From positions 385,206,001 to 385,270,000 of the forward strand of contig OZ024741.1 in NCBI GenBank assembly GCA_964016885.1: DNA of 64,000 bases, in the 5' to 3' direction. Each line of letters starts with the position of its first letter. Position 1 is the stretch's first letter. Of this stretch, positions 41,501-56,394 are shown piece after piece. This DNA comes from Eledone cirrhosa (taxonomy: Eukaryota). Made by a program: the position numbers and the translations under genes. A model generated the notes under the pieces. The model saw nothing but the letters and a program-made list of their open reading frames with translations, searched no databases and had not been told where the DNA came from.

Positions 41501-44500
41501 TGTCTATATTACACACCACAAGTTTCTATATTACACACCACATGTGTCTATATTACACACCACATCTCTATATTACACACCACGTGTGTATATATTATAC
41601 ACCAGTGTCTATATTACTCACCACAGATGTCTATATTACACACCACAGGTGTCTATATTACACACCACATCTCTATATTACACACCACAGGTGTCTATAT
41701 TACACACCACATATCTATATTACACACATCTCTATATTACACACCACAGATGTCTATCTTGCACACCACACATGTCTATATTATACACGACATCTCTATA
41801 TAACACACCACAGGTGTCTATATTACACACAACATGTCTATATTACACACCACATGAGTCTATATTACACACCACAGGTCCCTATATTACACAACACAGG
41901 TCCCTATATTACACACCACAGGTGTCTATATGACACACCACAGGTGTCTATATTACACACCACAAATGTCTATATTACACACCACAGATGTCTATATTAC
42001 ACACCACAGATGTCTATATTACACACTGCAGGTGTCTATATTACACACCACAGATGTCTATATTACACACCACATGTCTATATTACACACCAGCTGTCTA
42101 TATTAGACACCACAAGTCTCTATATTACACACCACAGCTGTCTATATTACACACCACGGGTGTCTATATAACGCACCACATCTCTATATTACACACCACA
42201 GATGTCTATATTACACACCACATCTCTATATTACACACCACAGATGTCTATATTACACACCACAGATGTCTATATTACACACCACAGGTGACTATATTAC
42301 ACACCACATGTCTATATTACACACCACAGGTCTCTATATTACACACCACAAGTGTCTATATAACACACCACAGATGTCTATATTACACACCACAGGTGTC
42401 TATATTGCACACCACACATGTCTAGATTAAACAACACAGATATCTATATTAAACACAAGTGTCTATATTACACACCACAAGTCTCTATATTCACACCACA
42501 GGTGTCTATATTACACACCACAGGTGTCTATATGACATACCACAGATGTCTATATTACACACCACATGTCTATATTACACACCACAGGTGTCTATATTAC
42601 ACACCACAGATGTCTATATTACACACCACATGTCTATATTACACACCACAGGTGTCTATATTACACACCACAGGTGTATATATTACACACCACAGGTGTC
42701 TATATTACACACCACAGATCTCTATATTACACACCACAAGTGTTTATATAACACACCACAGATGTCTATATTACACACCACACGTGTCTATATTACACAC
42801 CAGTGTCTATATTACACACCACAAGTCTCTATATTACACACCACAGGTGTCTATATGACACACCACGGATGTGTATATTACACACCACAGGTGTCTATAT
42901 TACACACCACAGATATCTATATTACACACCACAGGTGTCTATATTACACAGCACAGATGTCTATATTACACACCACAGATGTCTATATTACACACCACAA
43001 GACTCTATATTAAATATCACATTTCTATATTACACCCCACAAGTCTCTATATTCACACCACAGTGTGTATATTACACACCACAAGTCTCTATATTACACA
43101 CCACAAGTCTCTATATTACACACCACATGTCTATATTACACAACAGATGTCTATATTACACACCACAGATGTCTATATTACACACCACAGATGTCTATAT
43201 TACACACCACAGGTGTCTATATTACACACCACAGGTGTCTATATTACACACCACAGGCGTCAATATTACACACCACAAGTGTCTATATTACACACCACAG
43301 TGTCTATATTACACACCACAGGTGTCTATATTACACACCACAGATGTCTATATTACACACCACATGTCTATATTACACACTACAGGTGTCTATATTACAC
43401 ACCACAGGTGTCTATATTACACACCACAGGTGTCTATATTACATACCACAGGTGTCTATATTACACACCACAGGTGTCTATATTACACACCACAGGTGTC
43501 TATATGACACACCACAGATGTCTATATTACACACCACATGTCTATATTACACACTACAGGTGTCTATATTACATACCACAGGTGTCTTTATTACACACCA
43601 CAGGTGTCTATATTACACACCACAGGTGTCTATATTACACACCACAGATCTCTATATTACACACCACAATTGTTTATATAACACACCACAGATGTCTATA
43701 TTACACACCACACGTGTCTATATTACACACCAGTGTCTATATTACACACCACAAGTCTCTATATTACACACCACATGTCTATATTACACACCACAGGTGT
43801 CTATATGACACACCACAGATGTCTATATTACATACCGCACATTTCTATATTACACACCACAGGTGTCTATATTACACACCACAGATGTCTATATTACACA
43901 CCACAGGTGTCAATATTACACAGCACAGATGTCTATATTACACACCACAGGTGTCTATATGACACACCACGGATGTGTATATTACACACCACAGGTGTCT
44001 ATATTGCACACCACAGATATCTATATTACACACCACAGGTGTCTATATTACACAGCACAGATGTCTATATTACACACCACAGATGTCTATATTACACACC
44101 ACAAGACTCTATATTAAATATCACGTCTATATTACACACCACAGATGTCTATATTACATACCGCACATTTCTATATTACACCCCACAAGTCTCTATATTC
44201 ACACCACTGGTGTCAATATTACACACCACAGATGTCTGTATTACACACCACAGGTGTCTATATTACACACCACAGGTGTCTATATTACACACCACAGATC
44301 TCTATATTACACACCACAAGTGTTTATATAACACACCACAGATGTCTATATTACACACCACACGTGTCTATATTACACACCAGTGTCTATATTACACACC
44401 ACAAGTCTCTATATTACACACCACATGTCTATATTACACACCACAGGTGTCTATATGACACACCACAGATGTCTATATTACATACCGCACATTTCTATAT

Positions 44501-45330
44501 TACACACCACAGATGTCTATATTACACACGACACGTGTCTATATTACACACCAGTGTCTATATTACACACCACAAGTCTCTATATTACACACCACATGTC
44601 TATATTACACACCACAGGTGTCTATATGACACACCACAGATGTCTATATTACATGCCGCACATTTCTATATTACACCCCACAAGTCTCTATATTCACACC
44701 ACTGGTGTCAATATTACACACCACAGATGTCTGTATTACACACCACAGATGTCTATATTACACACCAGATGTCTATATTACACACCACAGGTGTCTATAT
44801 TACACGCCATAGGTGTCTTTATTACACACCACAGGTGTCAATATTACACACCACAGGTGTCTATATTACACACCACAGGTGTCTATATTACACACCACAG
44901 TGTCTATATTACACACCATAGGTGTCTTTATTACACACCACAGGTGTCAATATTATACATCACAGGTGTCTATATTACACACCACAGGTGTCTATATTAC
45001 ACACCACAGTGTCTATATTACACACCACAGGTGTCTATATTACACACCACAGGCGTCAATATTATACATCACAGATGTCTATATTACACGCCACATGTCT
45101 ATATTACACACCACAGGTGTCTATATTACACACCACAGATGTCTATATTACACACCACAGATGTCTATATTACACACCACAGGTGTCTATATTACACACC
45201 ACAGGTGTCTATATTACACACCACAGGCGTCAATATTACACACCACAGTGTCTATATTACACACCACAGGTGTCTATATTACACACTACAGATGTCTATA
45301 TTACAGGTGTCTATATTACACACCACATAT
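23525..45330. repeat. 22-bp satellite array (~21.8 kb, ~1000 monomers) with higher-order structure
   Basis: Consensus ATATTACACACCACAG(A/G)TGTCT with 20-bp variants; identical ORFs recur at 3989-bp and 1634-bp offsets. Confidence 0.98.
23766..24206 (+). mobile_element. Young RTE-tail insertion inside the satellite, with 5' hairpin
   Basis: Interrupts aaaccac|aagtcttt (empty site seen at ~28197 and ~32186); 2-bp AC duplication; (GAT)n tail. Confidence 0.9.
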
Positions 45331-45570
45331 TATACATCTTGGCTGTATGTATTATACAGCACAGATGTCTATATTATAGCTGTATGTATTATACAGCACA
45401 GATGTCTATATTATATATCATAGCTGTATATACTACACACCACAGATGTCTATATTATATATCATAACTGTATGTATTATACACCATAGATGTCTATATT
45501 ATATATCATAGCTGTATGTATTACACACCACAGATGTCTATATTATACATCATAGCTGTATGTATTACAC
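45330..45570. repeat. Terminal longer (~39-44 bp) variant of the satellite
   Basis: atcatagctgtatgtattacacaccacagatgtctatattat units at the array end. Confidence 0.8.
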
Positions 45571-46649
45571 AATATGTGTATGTACATTTGTATAAAATAG
45601 TTTGAATATATAGAGCTAGTATTTCTACATACAAAGAGACAAATACACACATAGTTGGTATGTTTCTTTGTGTTGAAAACTCCATAAAGACGAGGTGTGT
45701 GTACATATGTGTATGTGTACACTTGTGTGTGTGAGAGTGAGTGCTGAACTAGCAACTGACAGACATACTGCCGTTAGTTATGGAATTGAGAGAGAACAAG
45801 CTTTCTGCCCCATTAGCAACTGCTCGGCTTCTGTAAATACTCAAACACTAACACTGTTGATAGGAAGAAGCATGCCATTCAGTAATTAGCACTAATTGAT
45901 TAGACTGTGCAAGTACGCCTTTGTGTACTAATTCCAACAGGAAGTCAAAGCAAATGGTGTACTTTGTGCTCTATATGTATATATATATATATATATATAA
46001 AGAAATTGCTGTTTTATGTCCACTTTTCCATGCTGGCATGGGTTGAATGGGTTGTTTTGACACCGACCCTTTTAGTCACCTCTAACAACATACGTGCGCA
46101 TATATATGTATATGTATATCATTATTTAATTACGTCCCTTTACGATCTGAGTTCAAATCCCGCCGAGGCTAACTTTGTCTTTCATCCTTACGAGGTCGAT
46201 AAAATAAAGTACCAGTAATGTACTATTGCTGGCCTTGTGCCAAAAGTAGAAACAATTATTTAATTTGCTAGCAATGGTTTAACAGGTCTTCACAGACTGA
46301 GTCAGTATTCAAGCAGGGCTACTTAATTCTCAAATAGCTGTGGTCCTGCATTTTGCTGACATACGATCATGCACTCTACTGAGTACATTTCATGATGACT
46401 CTACCACTAGAGTGGTTTTATATCTTTGACACAACTGAATGGCTCTCCTGACCCTTTGTTGAGAGGGCCCTTGGCAGTGTACTGCAGTCTTGTTTTGTTA
46501 TAGGGTTTAGCTTGTAGATTCTTGTCATTTTAGTGTTTGTTCTATTGTGTTTAGTTAATGTAATGTGAACTGTTTTATTTGGGTATTAATCTTGAAGAGT
46601 ATATTTTGTGAGTCATGTTGTTTTATTTTATTAAATGTTTATTGAATAG

Positions 46650-46872
46650 TACGGGCATGTGGTTAAAATGTTTCAGGAAAGAATCACTGGACAGATTATA
46701 CGGGCAAAACCAAACAGCAAGAGACCCAGGGTAGAACTCAAGCAAGACGGTTGGATAACATCCATGAGCTTGGGGATCCAGCGTGATCAATTGGAGATCA
46801 AACAGGACTTGCTTGAAGGAACTTTGAAGACTCTGCCCCCATAACCCTCCCAGGACTAAATGGGCAAAGAAG
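46650..46872 (+). mobile_element. RTE-clade LINE 3' fragment
   Basis: GHVVKMFQERITGQIIRAKPNSKRPR; same family as 8123-8390. Confidence 0.65.
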
Positions 46873-46987
46873 TTTATTGAATAGAGTGTGATGACAGTTC
46901 TATCTGAGCTATAGTATTGAATTAATAATGTCTCATGCAGGCTTTGGGTTGTTCCTAGTTGTGAACCCTGATTATTATTATTATTGG

Positions 46988-47697
46988 TTAACTTTGCCTT
47001 TCATCCTTAAGGGGTCAATAAAATAAAGCACCAGGGTAATTGCTGGCCTTGTGCCAAAAGTAGAAACAGTTATTATTATTATTGGCAGTATCAGTAGAAT
47101 GTCGGACAACATTTTGCAGCATATAATTATGGCCCTTTACGTTCTGAGTTAAAATCCTGCCGGGGTTAGCTTTACCTTTCATCCTGAAGGAGTCAATAAA
47201 ATAAAGTATTGGGGTTGATTTAATTGACTTTACCCTCCCCCCAAATTTCTGGCTTTGTGTCTATATAAGAAACCATTATTATTATTAGTGACAGTATCAG
47301 TAGAGCATTGAACAACATTTTGCAGCATATAGTTATGGCCCTTTATGCACTGAGTTCAAATCCCACCAAAGTTAGCTTTACCTTTCATCCTTAAGGGGTC
47401 AATAAAATAAGTACCAGTAATGCACCAGGATTAATTTAATCAACTTTCCTCTCCCCCTAAAATTGTTGACCTTGCGTTTAAAATTAGAAACCATTATTAT
47501 TAAAGGGCCGTGGATTGGCACTATCGGTAGAGGGTCAGACGTTATGCTTTGATGCATAGAGTTACGGCCCTTTCCATTCTGAGTTCAAATCCCGCCGAGG
47601 TCAACTTTGCTTTTCATCCTTACGGGGTCGATAAAATAAAGTACCAGTAATGTACTGGATAATTGCTGGCCTTGTGCCAAAAATAGAAACCATTATT
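46988..47697 (+). mobile_element. Head-to-tail cluster of four family-B SINEs
   Basis: Repeated tggcagtatc.gtaga ... gagttcaaatcc ... aactttgcctttcatcctta.ggggtc.ataaaataaagtaccag ... (att)n; other copies at 46130, 55030-55325, 56666, 61184. Confidence 0.8.
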
Positions 47698-47883
47698 TAA
47701 TACTGATACAATTTAATGTGAATCGTGCAATTTATATATTTTGCATTCTTTCTCCTTAACTTCCTTCCCTCTAACCTCTCTAGTTTAAGTGGGCGATAGT
47801 GGCTCTTTCTTTTAGCTTGACAACCAATAGTAAAAGTGAAAGCTACAGTTGTCTCTAACTAATTAATATGAGAATTTATGAGG

Positions 47884-47927
<44 letters not shown>

Positions 47928-48012
47928 TCTGCATCTGTAAATTATAAACACACATTGTTTATATGTATATATTGTTTTACGTAAGCTTTTCCATTCTATA
48001 TATATATAGGGT

Positions 48013-48067
48013 GTAGTTTCCTGATGATTTCTTACGAATGAAACGGTTCTAGTCCTGTAGAATTAAC

Positions 48068-48068
<1 letters not shown>
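48013..48068 (+). ncRNA. Type I hammerhead-like motif
   Basis: tttc-CTGATGA-t-ttc/ttac/gaa-t-GAAAC-gg...ct-GTA-gaat; same family as 58055-58105. Confidence 0.6.
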
Positions 48069-48105
<37 letters not shown>

Positions 48106-48125
48106 GTCAATTTATCATAGAAATG

Positions 48126-48178
48126 ACTTCTACAGGATTAGAACTGTTTCATTCGTAAGAAATCATCAGGAAACTACA
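48126..48178 (-). ncRNA. Type I hammerhead-like motif (inverted partner of 48013)
   Basis: Reverse strand tttc-CTGATGA-tttcttacgaat-GAAAC-ag...ct-GTA-gaag. Confidence 0.6.
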
Positions 48179-48217
48179 TTGTATATATCATCATCATCAT
48201 CGTTTAACGTCCATCTT

Positions 48218-49034
<817 letters not shown>

Positions 49035-50451
49035 AGTAATAATAATAAAATTGAAGACTAAAATCCAATGGTTCAACGGCATATGTAACAAGGAACATTG
49101 CCGTTTTATCCAATTCGACATCAACAATTACTACTCCTCCATCACTTTACCACTTCTCCTTAGAGCTATCAATTTCGCTAAAACACTCACAGTGGTTAAG
49201 GATTTCGAAGTTGATGTCATCCTTAATGCCCGAAAGTCGGTGATTAATTTTGACGACTCTATTTGGATTAAAAAATCCAATAGTACCCCATTCGACGTGA
49301 GTATGGGCGCCAGTGACTCTGCGGAGGTTACTGATCTTATTGGCCTTTTCCTTCTTTTCTCTATCAAGGACGAATTCCCCAACGCGGGCGGTGGTTTGTA
49401 CCGTGACGATGGTCTTTTGACCATGACTAAGTGCAGACCTCGTGCTTGCGACAGGTTCAGAAAAGAACTCACAGCCTTCTTTAAAGGCTTCAACCTCTCT
49501 ATACAGGTTGAGGCCAATCTCTCGGTCGTTAATTACCTCGACGTTACCCTCAATTTATTGAATGGGTTGTATTACCCGTATAGAAAGCCGAATGATACGC
49601 TTAATTACATAAGTAAGCATTCCAACCATCCTGCCAGCATAACCAAGAACCTGGTAAGAAACGTTTTGTTGAGGCTTTCCCGTCTTTCCACCAACGAGCG
49701 TATTTTCAACGACCATTCCACTTATTACAATGAAGCTCTTGCTCGAAATGGATTTGTCGATAGATCCCGTCGCATTTGTTGGTTTAACCCACCATATAAT
49801 ATGGAGGTGGCCACACCATTAGCTAAGATCTTTCTTTCCCTTATTACGAAGCATTTTCCCCCTACACATAAATATAGTAAAATTTTTAATAGAAATACTA
49901 TTAAAATTTCTTACTCTACGACTCCTAACCTTGCACATAACATCACAGCTTCAAATTTAGCTAAACTACCTAGCCGTAGGAACACGTGCAACCCTGTAGT
50001 TAGTACTAACTGTAATTGTAGGAATCGGGCTGATTGCCCCCTATCCGGGAAATGCCTCTCTAGTAACATTGTCTACAATTGTAAGGTTGTAACACCCACG
50101 TCCCGTAGGGCCTACATAGGGTTAACCACCAATAGTTTCAAGCAGCGTCTTTACATGCATACCCATTCTTTTCGTTACCCTCTAAGAAGGAATTTGACGT
50201 CACTTTCAGCTTATATCTGGAGTCTAAAAGACAACCACACCCAATATAAGTTGCACTGGGAGATCCTAGCTAGGGCTAGATCGTATAACGGAAATAAAAG
50301 ACCATGTGACCTCTGCGCCGCTGAGGCCCTGGAAATACTCTACGCCACAGACCACATCTTAAACAAAAAATCTGAGGCAATTTCGGCTTGTAAACATAAA
50401 TTGCACAAAACTTTCCTGTATTACAGCCCCACGTTATACCCTAACGGATAG
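49035..50451 (+). CDS. Penelope-like reverse transcriptase / GIY-YIG endonuclease (truncated)
   Basis: [59 protein letters not shown]...YIGLT...FKQR; the N-terminal YI-repeat part of the listed ORF is microsatellite read-through. Confidence 0.88.
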
Positions 50452-51379
50452 AACGATCTATACGTGGATATTTTACGTCTTGATGTGGGAGCTAAATATA
50501 TGTTTTGTTTATTCCTTTACTTATTTGCATAGGTAAGTATATATTACCCATATGTTTTGTGAAGGTATGTATACCTTCTCGTACGTATATTTGACTGTTA
50601 TGGCGTATCATTTTTACATATTCTGGTATTTAGGGTTTGGCTATGTGTATACGGGAGTTTTGCGTCCGAGTGAGTATGCAGGTTCGTACGTTTGGTGGGT
50701 GTGTGTATATGTGTACTTCTTGTTTTAGTTGACTTACGTCTCCGAACATTCGTGTATTTATATGTAGGTATGCGTGTGCGCTTGTTATATACGTATTTAT
50801 TTACTTATATACGTTTATATAATTATTTATTTATTTGGACACAAGCATACACACACACACATATTTATATGTGCGTAGTTTTGTATACCTATGGTAAGGT
50901 TTTGCGTATGCTTGTGTATGTACGTATCTGTTTGCGTGTATGTATTTATTTGTTCCTATTACTTCTGTATTGTATTTATTTACTTTGTTCTTAACTCTGT
51001 AGCGGAGATTCATTCGGTCTTCTAGTTAGAATTTTAGTCTACGATTTCTGCTATACCATTTACGTGGTTTTGTCTTTGCGTGCTTTTGTTCTCCACGCTC
51101 CACATATGACTTATTATCTTCGTTTTTTCGTTCATTGCCAGAGAACGTCTCTATGCACCACCTAAGAGAACATTAGTCTACGACCTCTTTTATACCATAA
51201 ACGTGGTTTTGTCTTTGCGCGTAATTGTTTTTCACCGCTCCTATTAATGACGTATTATTCGTTTTTTCCCGTTCTTTGCCAGCGAACGTTACCACGAACC
51301 AAAGTATCGTCTTCCTGTCTTCCTCCGGTCGCAACGTTTTTTGAAATATCCAGTTCTGCGTTTACAGATTGACTTTGTT

Positions 51380-51430
51380 AGTTTCAGAAGATCCCGTTAA
51401 GAGTGAAAGCAGCGATTCTTTGCTTAAACT
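51380..51430 (+). ncRNA. Type I hammerhead-like motif (U4A core) at PLE 3' end
   Basis: agttt-CAGAAGA-tcccgttaagagt-GAAA-gca...tgc-TT-aaact. Confidence 0.65.
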
Positions 51431-51450
51431 TTAATCTGTTATTTTAATAA

Positions 51451-52576
<1,126 letters not shown>

Positions 52577-52633
52577 AATACCTTGATTAAATCTTAACCA
52601 TTTAACATCTCAGGGTATGTCATGTATCAATAT

Positions 52634-52691
52634 ATTTTGTCTGATGAGGACGTAGGGTTGTGCATCTCTGAAATATGTATAATAATAAAAT
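52634..52691 (+). ncRNA. Minimal hammerhead-like motif
   Basis: attttgt-CTGATGA-ggacgta/gggttg/tgcatct-ct-GAAA-tatgta-TA-ataat, overlapping AATAAA; island between TA tracts. Confidence 0.45.
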
Positions 52692-53400
52692 GTAATTGAT
52701 AAAAAGAACATCTATTTTATTAATATTTCTATTTTAATATTAATAACTCTGGAAAATAATTATCCATAGAGTGCCTCCAATCTACTGTAAAACTCATTCT
52801 TTGATATACTCATTGAATATTGTTTAACTCTTTAATATATGTATATATATATATTTATGTATATATAAATATTTATATATACATATATATGTGTGTGTGT
52901 GTAGGATGGAAAAGCTTACGTAAAACAATATATACATATAAACAAGGTCTGTTTATAATTTACAGATGCAGAGCATCACATTAACTAAAGTGTATATATA
53001 ACAATAGAGTGTATGTGATACAAAACAAGTATCGTGCTGTTACTCGTGGGGAAATTTTATCCGTGGATGATGTTTACAAATTCTTAGTAACAAACAGTTA
53101 AAGGTCTATAATACATAACCAAATACTACACATACACAATTGATTTTAAAAACTGCAATTGGTGGCGAAGGATTGTGACCGTCTGCTACTGCAATCGAAC
53201 AACCACGACGATAGTGATGATACATACACACACACACACACGTACGTACGTACGTACGTTTATACATACATGCATAAGTACATATATACATACATGCATA
53301 CATACATATACACAAACACACACATACGTACGTGGATGTATATATATAAAGGGCGGTGCCCCATCATGGCCTCAGCCGGATGGCTGGAACAGGTAAAAGA

Positions 53401-53476
<76 letters not shown>

Positions 53477-54422
53477 GTAGAGAGAGAAAGAGACAGATAG
53501 ATAGATGGACGAACATACAAGTAGATAGGCGGGCAGAGAGAGATAGATAGATAGATTTCTTTATTTAGATAGACAGAGTCAATGTGCCGTACATTCGAGC
53601 AACACAGAAACAGCCCCACCACCAAAATTATACAAGGATCATTCAAGGAAACTGTTATTTCCGAATTATTAATGCATAAATAAAATTTACTCCTGCGTGA
53701 AGATGGGGTGTGTATATATACACACACACATATATATATATATATATTTGTTTGTTCTTTGTAAGCGCGCGTGTCTACGTGTGCCAAACAATGTATTACA
53801 TTAGGGAACAGGTGTTAACAACATATAGGTAATTGTGTTATCGTATGTCATCTGTAGACAATAAACATAAAGGGAGAAGAACAGGTTTCAATGTAGAAAG
53901 CGTACTTAGACAGATTTGCTTCTTTCTTTATCGCTTCCATCGACATTACGTCAGTATGTAGAGAGGTCTGATAATGTTATACGGTAAACCCGATAACTAG
54001 ACACCTAACATTATTTCTTCACTTGTCGGCTGGAATTTTATCGTATCGCAAGTAATAATATAAAAATATATCTGTTAGTTTTATATATATGAGTGTGTGT
54101 AAAGTAAACAACATAACATTTTCAGATTTTTGCTTCTGTAGTAAAATCAAAGCGATGAAAATCATCTGAAAACGATGAAATCAGGTTTGTCTTTTGTTTC
54201 CCCACCGCCGCCACCAATGTTTTAGCTACTTAGTGCGTGTATGTACATATATATATATATACGTTTGTGTGTGAAATATTGCATCTGTCTGGTAAATAGT
54301 TCTGCTATTCAATTCAAGCATAATTTCTAGGAATACTCTAAGTAGTCGATCGACTTGCTGAAAATACCAGCCAAATCACACCATACATTCTTAAATAAGG
54401 GAAGGGTATATTATATGATGTA

Positions 54423-54522
54423 CCGCCGAGGTTAACTTTGCCTTTCATCCTTATGGGGTCGATAAAATAAAGTACCAGTAATGCACTGGGTAATTGCTGG
54501 CCTTGTGTCAAAAGTAGAAACA
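54423..54522 (+). mobile_element. 5'-truncated family-B SINE with 13-bp TSD
   Basis: attatatgatgta at 54410-54422 and 54523-54535; inserted in an older repeat. Confidence 0.85.
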
Positions 54523-56312
54523 ATTATATGATGTAATTCTTCATAGCCCTAAAAAGATGATGACACGGCCACGGCTAGAATGCTTTTACCGTAGATATGT
54601 TCGATGGAAGTTGATCTAGAGCTAAGCAACCATCTATTTAACTACAATGCAGTCTAATACAGAATACTCGATAAAATAAAGTACCAGTAACGCAGTGAGG
54701 TCGATTTAATCGACTTTCCCCTTCTCCAAACTTGTTGGTCTTGTGCCTAAATCAGAAACCATTATTCTAATACAGAATCGTGAAAAAAAAAGCTTTTACA
54801 AAACCTATATTTATTTGGCAGCACGACAACTCCCTCTCTCACCTGTCCTTATGATGAAGCTATGCAGTCAGTAATGACCCCCTACGAAGATAGCCCAGAA
54901 AACCAATACTTAGCTCCATATTTTTGAATAGATAGAGCTCTACATTATAATAGGGCTGGAGCTCTTATCGTAAAAACACTCAAGTGAGATTATAAGAGAC
55001 TAGCTAAGCCCGCATAGATGTGAACTATAGTGGTTTGGCAGTATCGGTAGAGTGTCAGACACCATGCTTTGCAGCATAGATTTATGACCCTTTACGTTCT
55101 AAGTTCAAATTCCGCCGAAGTTAACTTCATCCTTACGGGGTCGATAAAATAAAGTACCAGTAATGTACTGGGTAATTGCTGGTCTTGTGCCTAAAGTAGA
55201 AACACGATCTGAGTTCAAATCCCGCTGAGGTTGACTTTGCCTTTCATCCTTACGGGGTCGATAAAATAAAGTACCAGTAATGCACTGGGTAATTGCTGGC
55301 CTTGTGCCTAAAGTAGACAATTATTAATAATAATATCATTATTCAAAACTCCTCTTGGATATGACTCCAGCCAATCACCAACAACAATCTCCCGCCTCTA
55401 GCATCTATATTCCCTACATCATCATCATCGTCGTCGTCGATTTAAGGTCCGCTTTCCCTGCAAGTAAGGGTTAAACTGGTCTAAAACCAAGTCAGTACTG
55501 ACGCAGAGCCACTGATTTCCCAGATAGGCCAAGAATCTGTCTCGCTTATGTATGATCAAGTGGAACAAGATTAATTTAAGCGCCCTGCCCAGTTATTAGA
55601 GCGAGTAAACCCTATCTAAAGTACTGTAAAACATTCGCATCTGTAAATGTAATTAATGTATAAGTAGTCACAAACAAAATAAGGCAACCTGTGGAAGCTC
55701 TAATTTAATCAACTCAACATAACCACCTTCCAAACTAGCCAGAAAATATCTTTCAGTTAAACTGGTGAGGGAGGTTACACCGGGTCCAAGATAAATAGCA
55801 TCAGTTTTGTAATTAGGTGAAACCATTGCTTAAATAAAAGCGGATGAGATAGCAGAAATGGTAGGTAGAGCAGTGGATACTGATTCCACTTAGCCTCTCA
55901 TCCTTCCAGGGTTGATGAAGAAAACTTGAAGGTTGATACAACGAAGTATACAAGTCTACAAGATTGTGCTAAATGTCACACATAAATACACATTATAATA
56001 ATCTCAGTCCGACCTGCTGGAAATTGCAATAAAATATCGATAAAATACCTTAGGAAAGAACAAATTTGGGAATAATAAGGGTTTAGGTTAGTTGCACATA
56101 GGGAAATGAAGAGATGTTCACGACAGGAATTACTTTCATTATAGGTCTGCACGATAAAGGCTGGATTAGGGGTATACTACAATCTGGATTATTAAATAAA
56201 TATATTTGAAAAATATCTTTGTATAACCTATCTTTTTTCTAAAGGGATTTTAGAAAGCTAATTCCCAATCAAAATGAGTATTAATACTGAACTATATAAC
56301 GATGTTATTTCC

Positions 56313-56373
<61 letters not shown>

Positions 56374-56394
56374 TATATATATATATAGACAGGG

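Larger units (their letters stand above)
49035..51452 (+). mobile_element. 5'-truncated Penelope-like element (PLE) in (TA)n
   Basis: RT + GIY-YIG ORF, ~1-kb 3' UTR, terminal hammerhead-like motif and AATAAA (51446); (TA)n on both sides. Confidence 0.9.

Noticed and set aside
24156-45467. Dozens of 100-678 aa His/Tyr/Thr ORFs
   Set aside because: Overlap in all three frames and arise from the 22-bp satellite; no codon-phase constraint and scattered stops.
53560-54230. Possible promoter (octamer-like ATTAATGCAT, GC box/CCAAT near 54200)
   Set aside because: No linked exon or TSS evidence; short motifs are expected by chance.
54845-54915. ATGATGA-gctat...atagc-GAAA hammerhead-like string (and GAAACGAGCAGTC on minus near 62770)
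   Set aside because: Core mismatched and stems I/III cannot be drawn convincingly.
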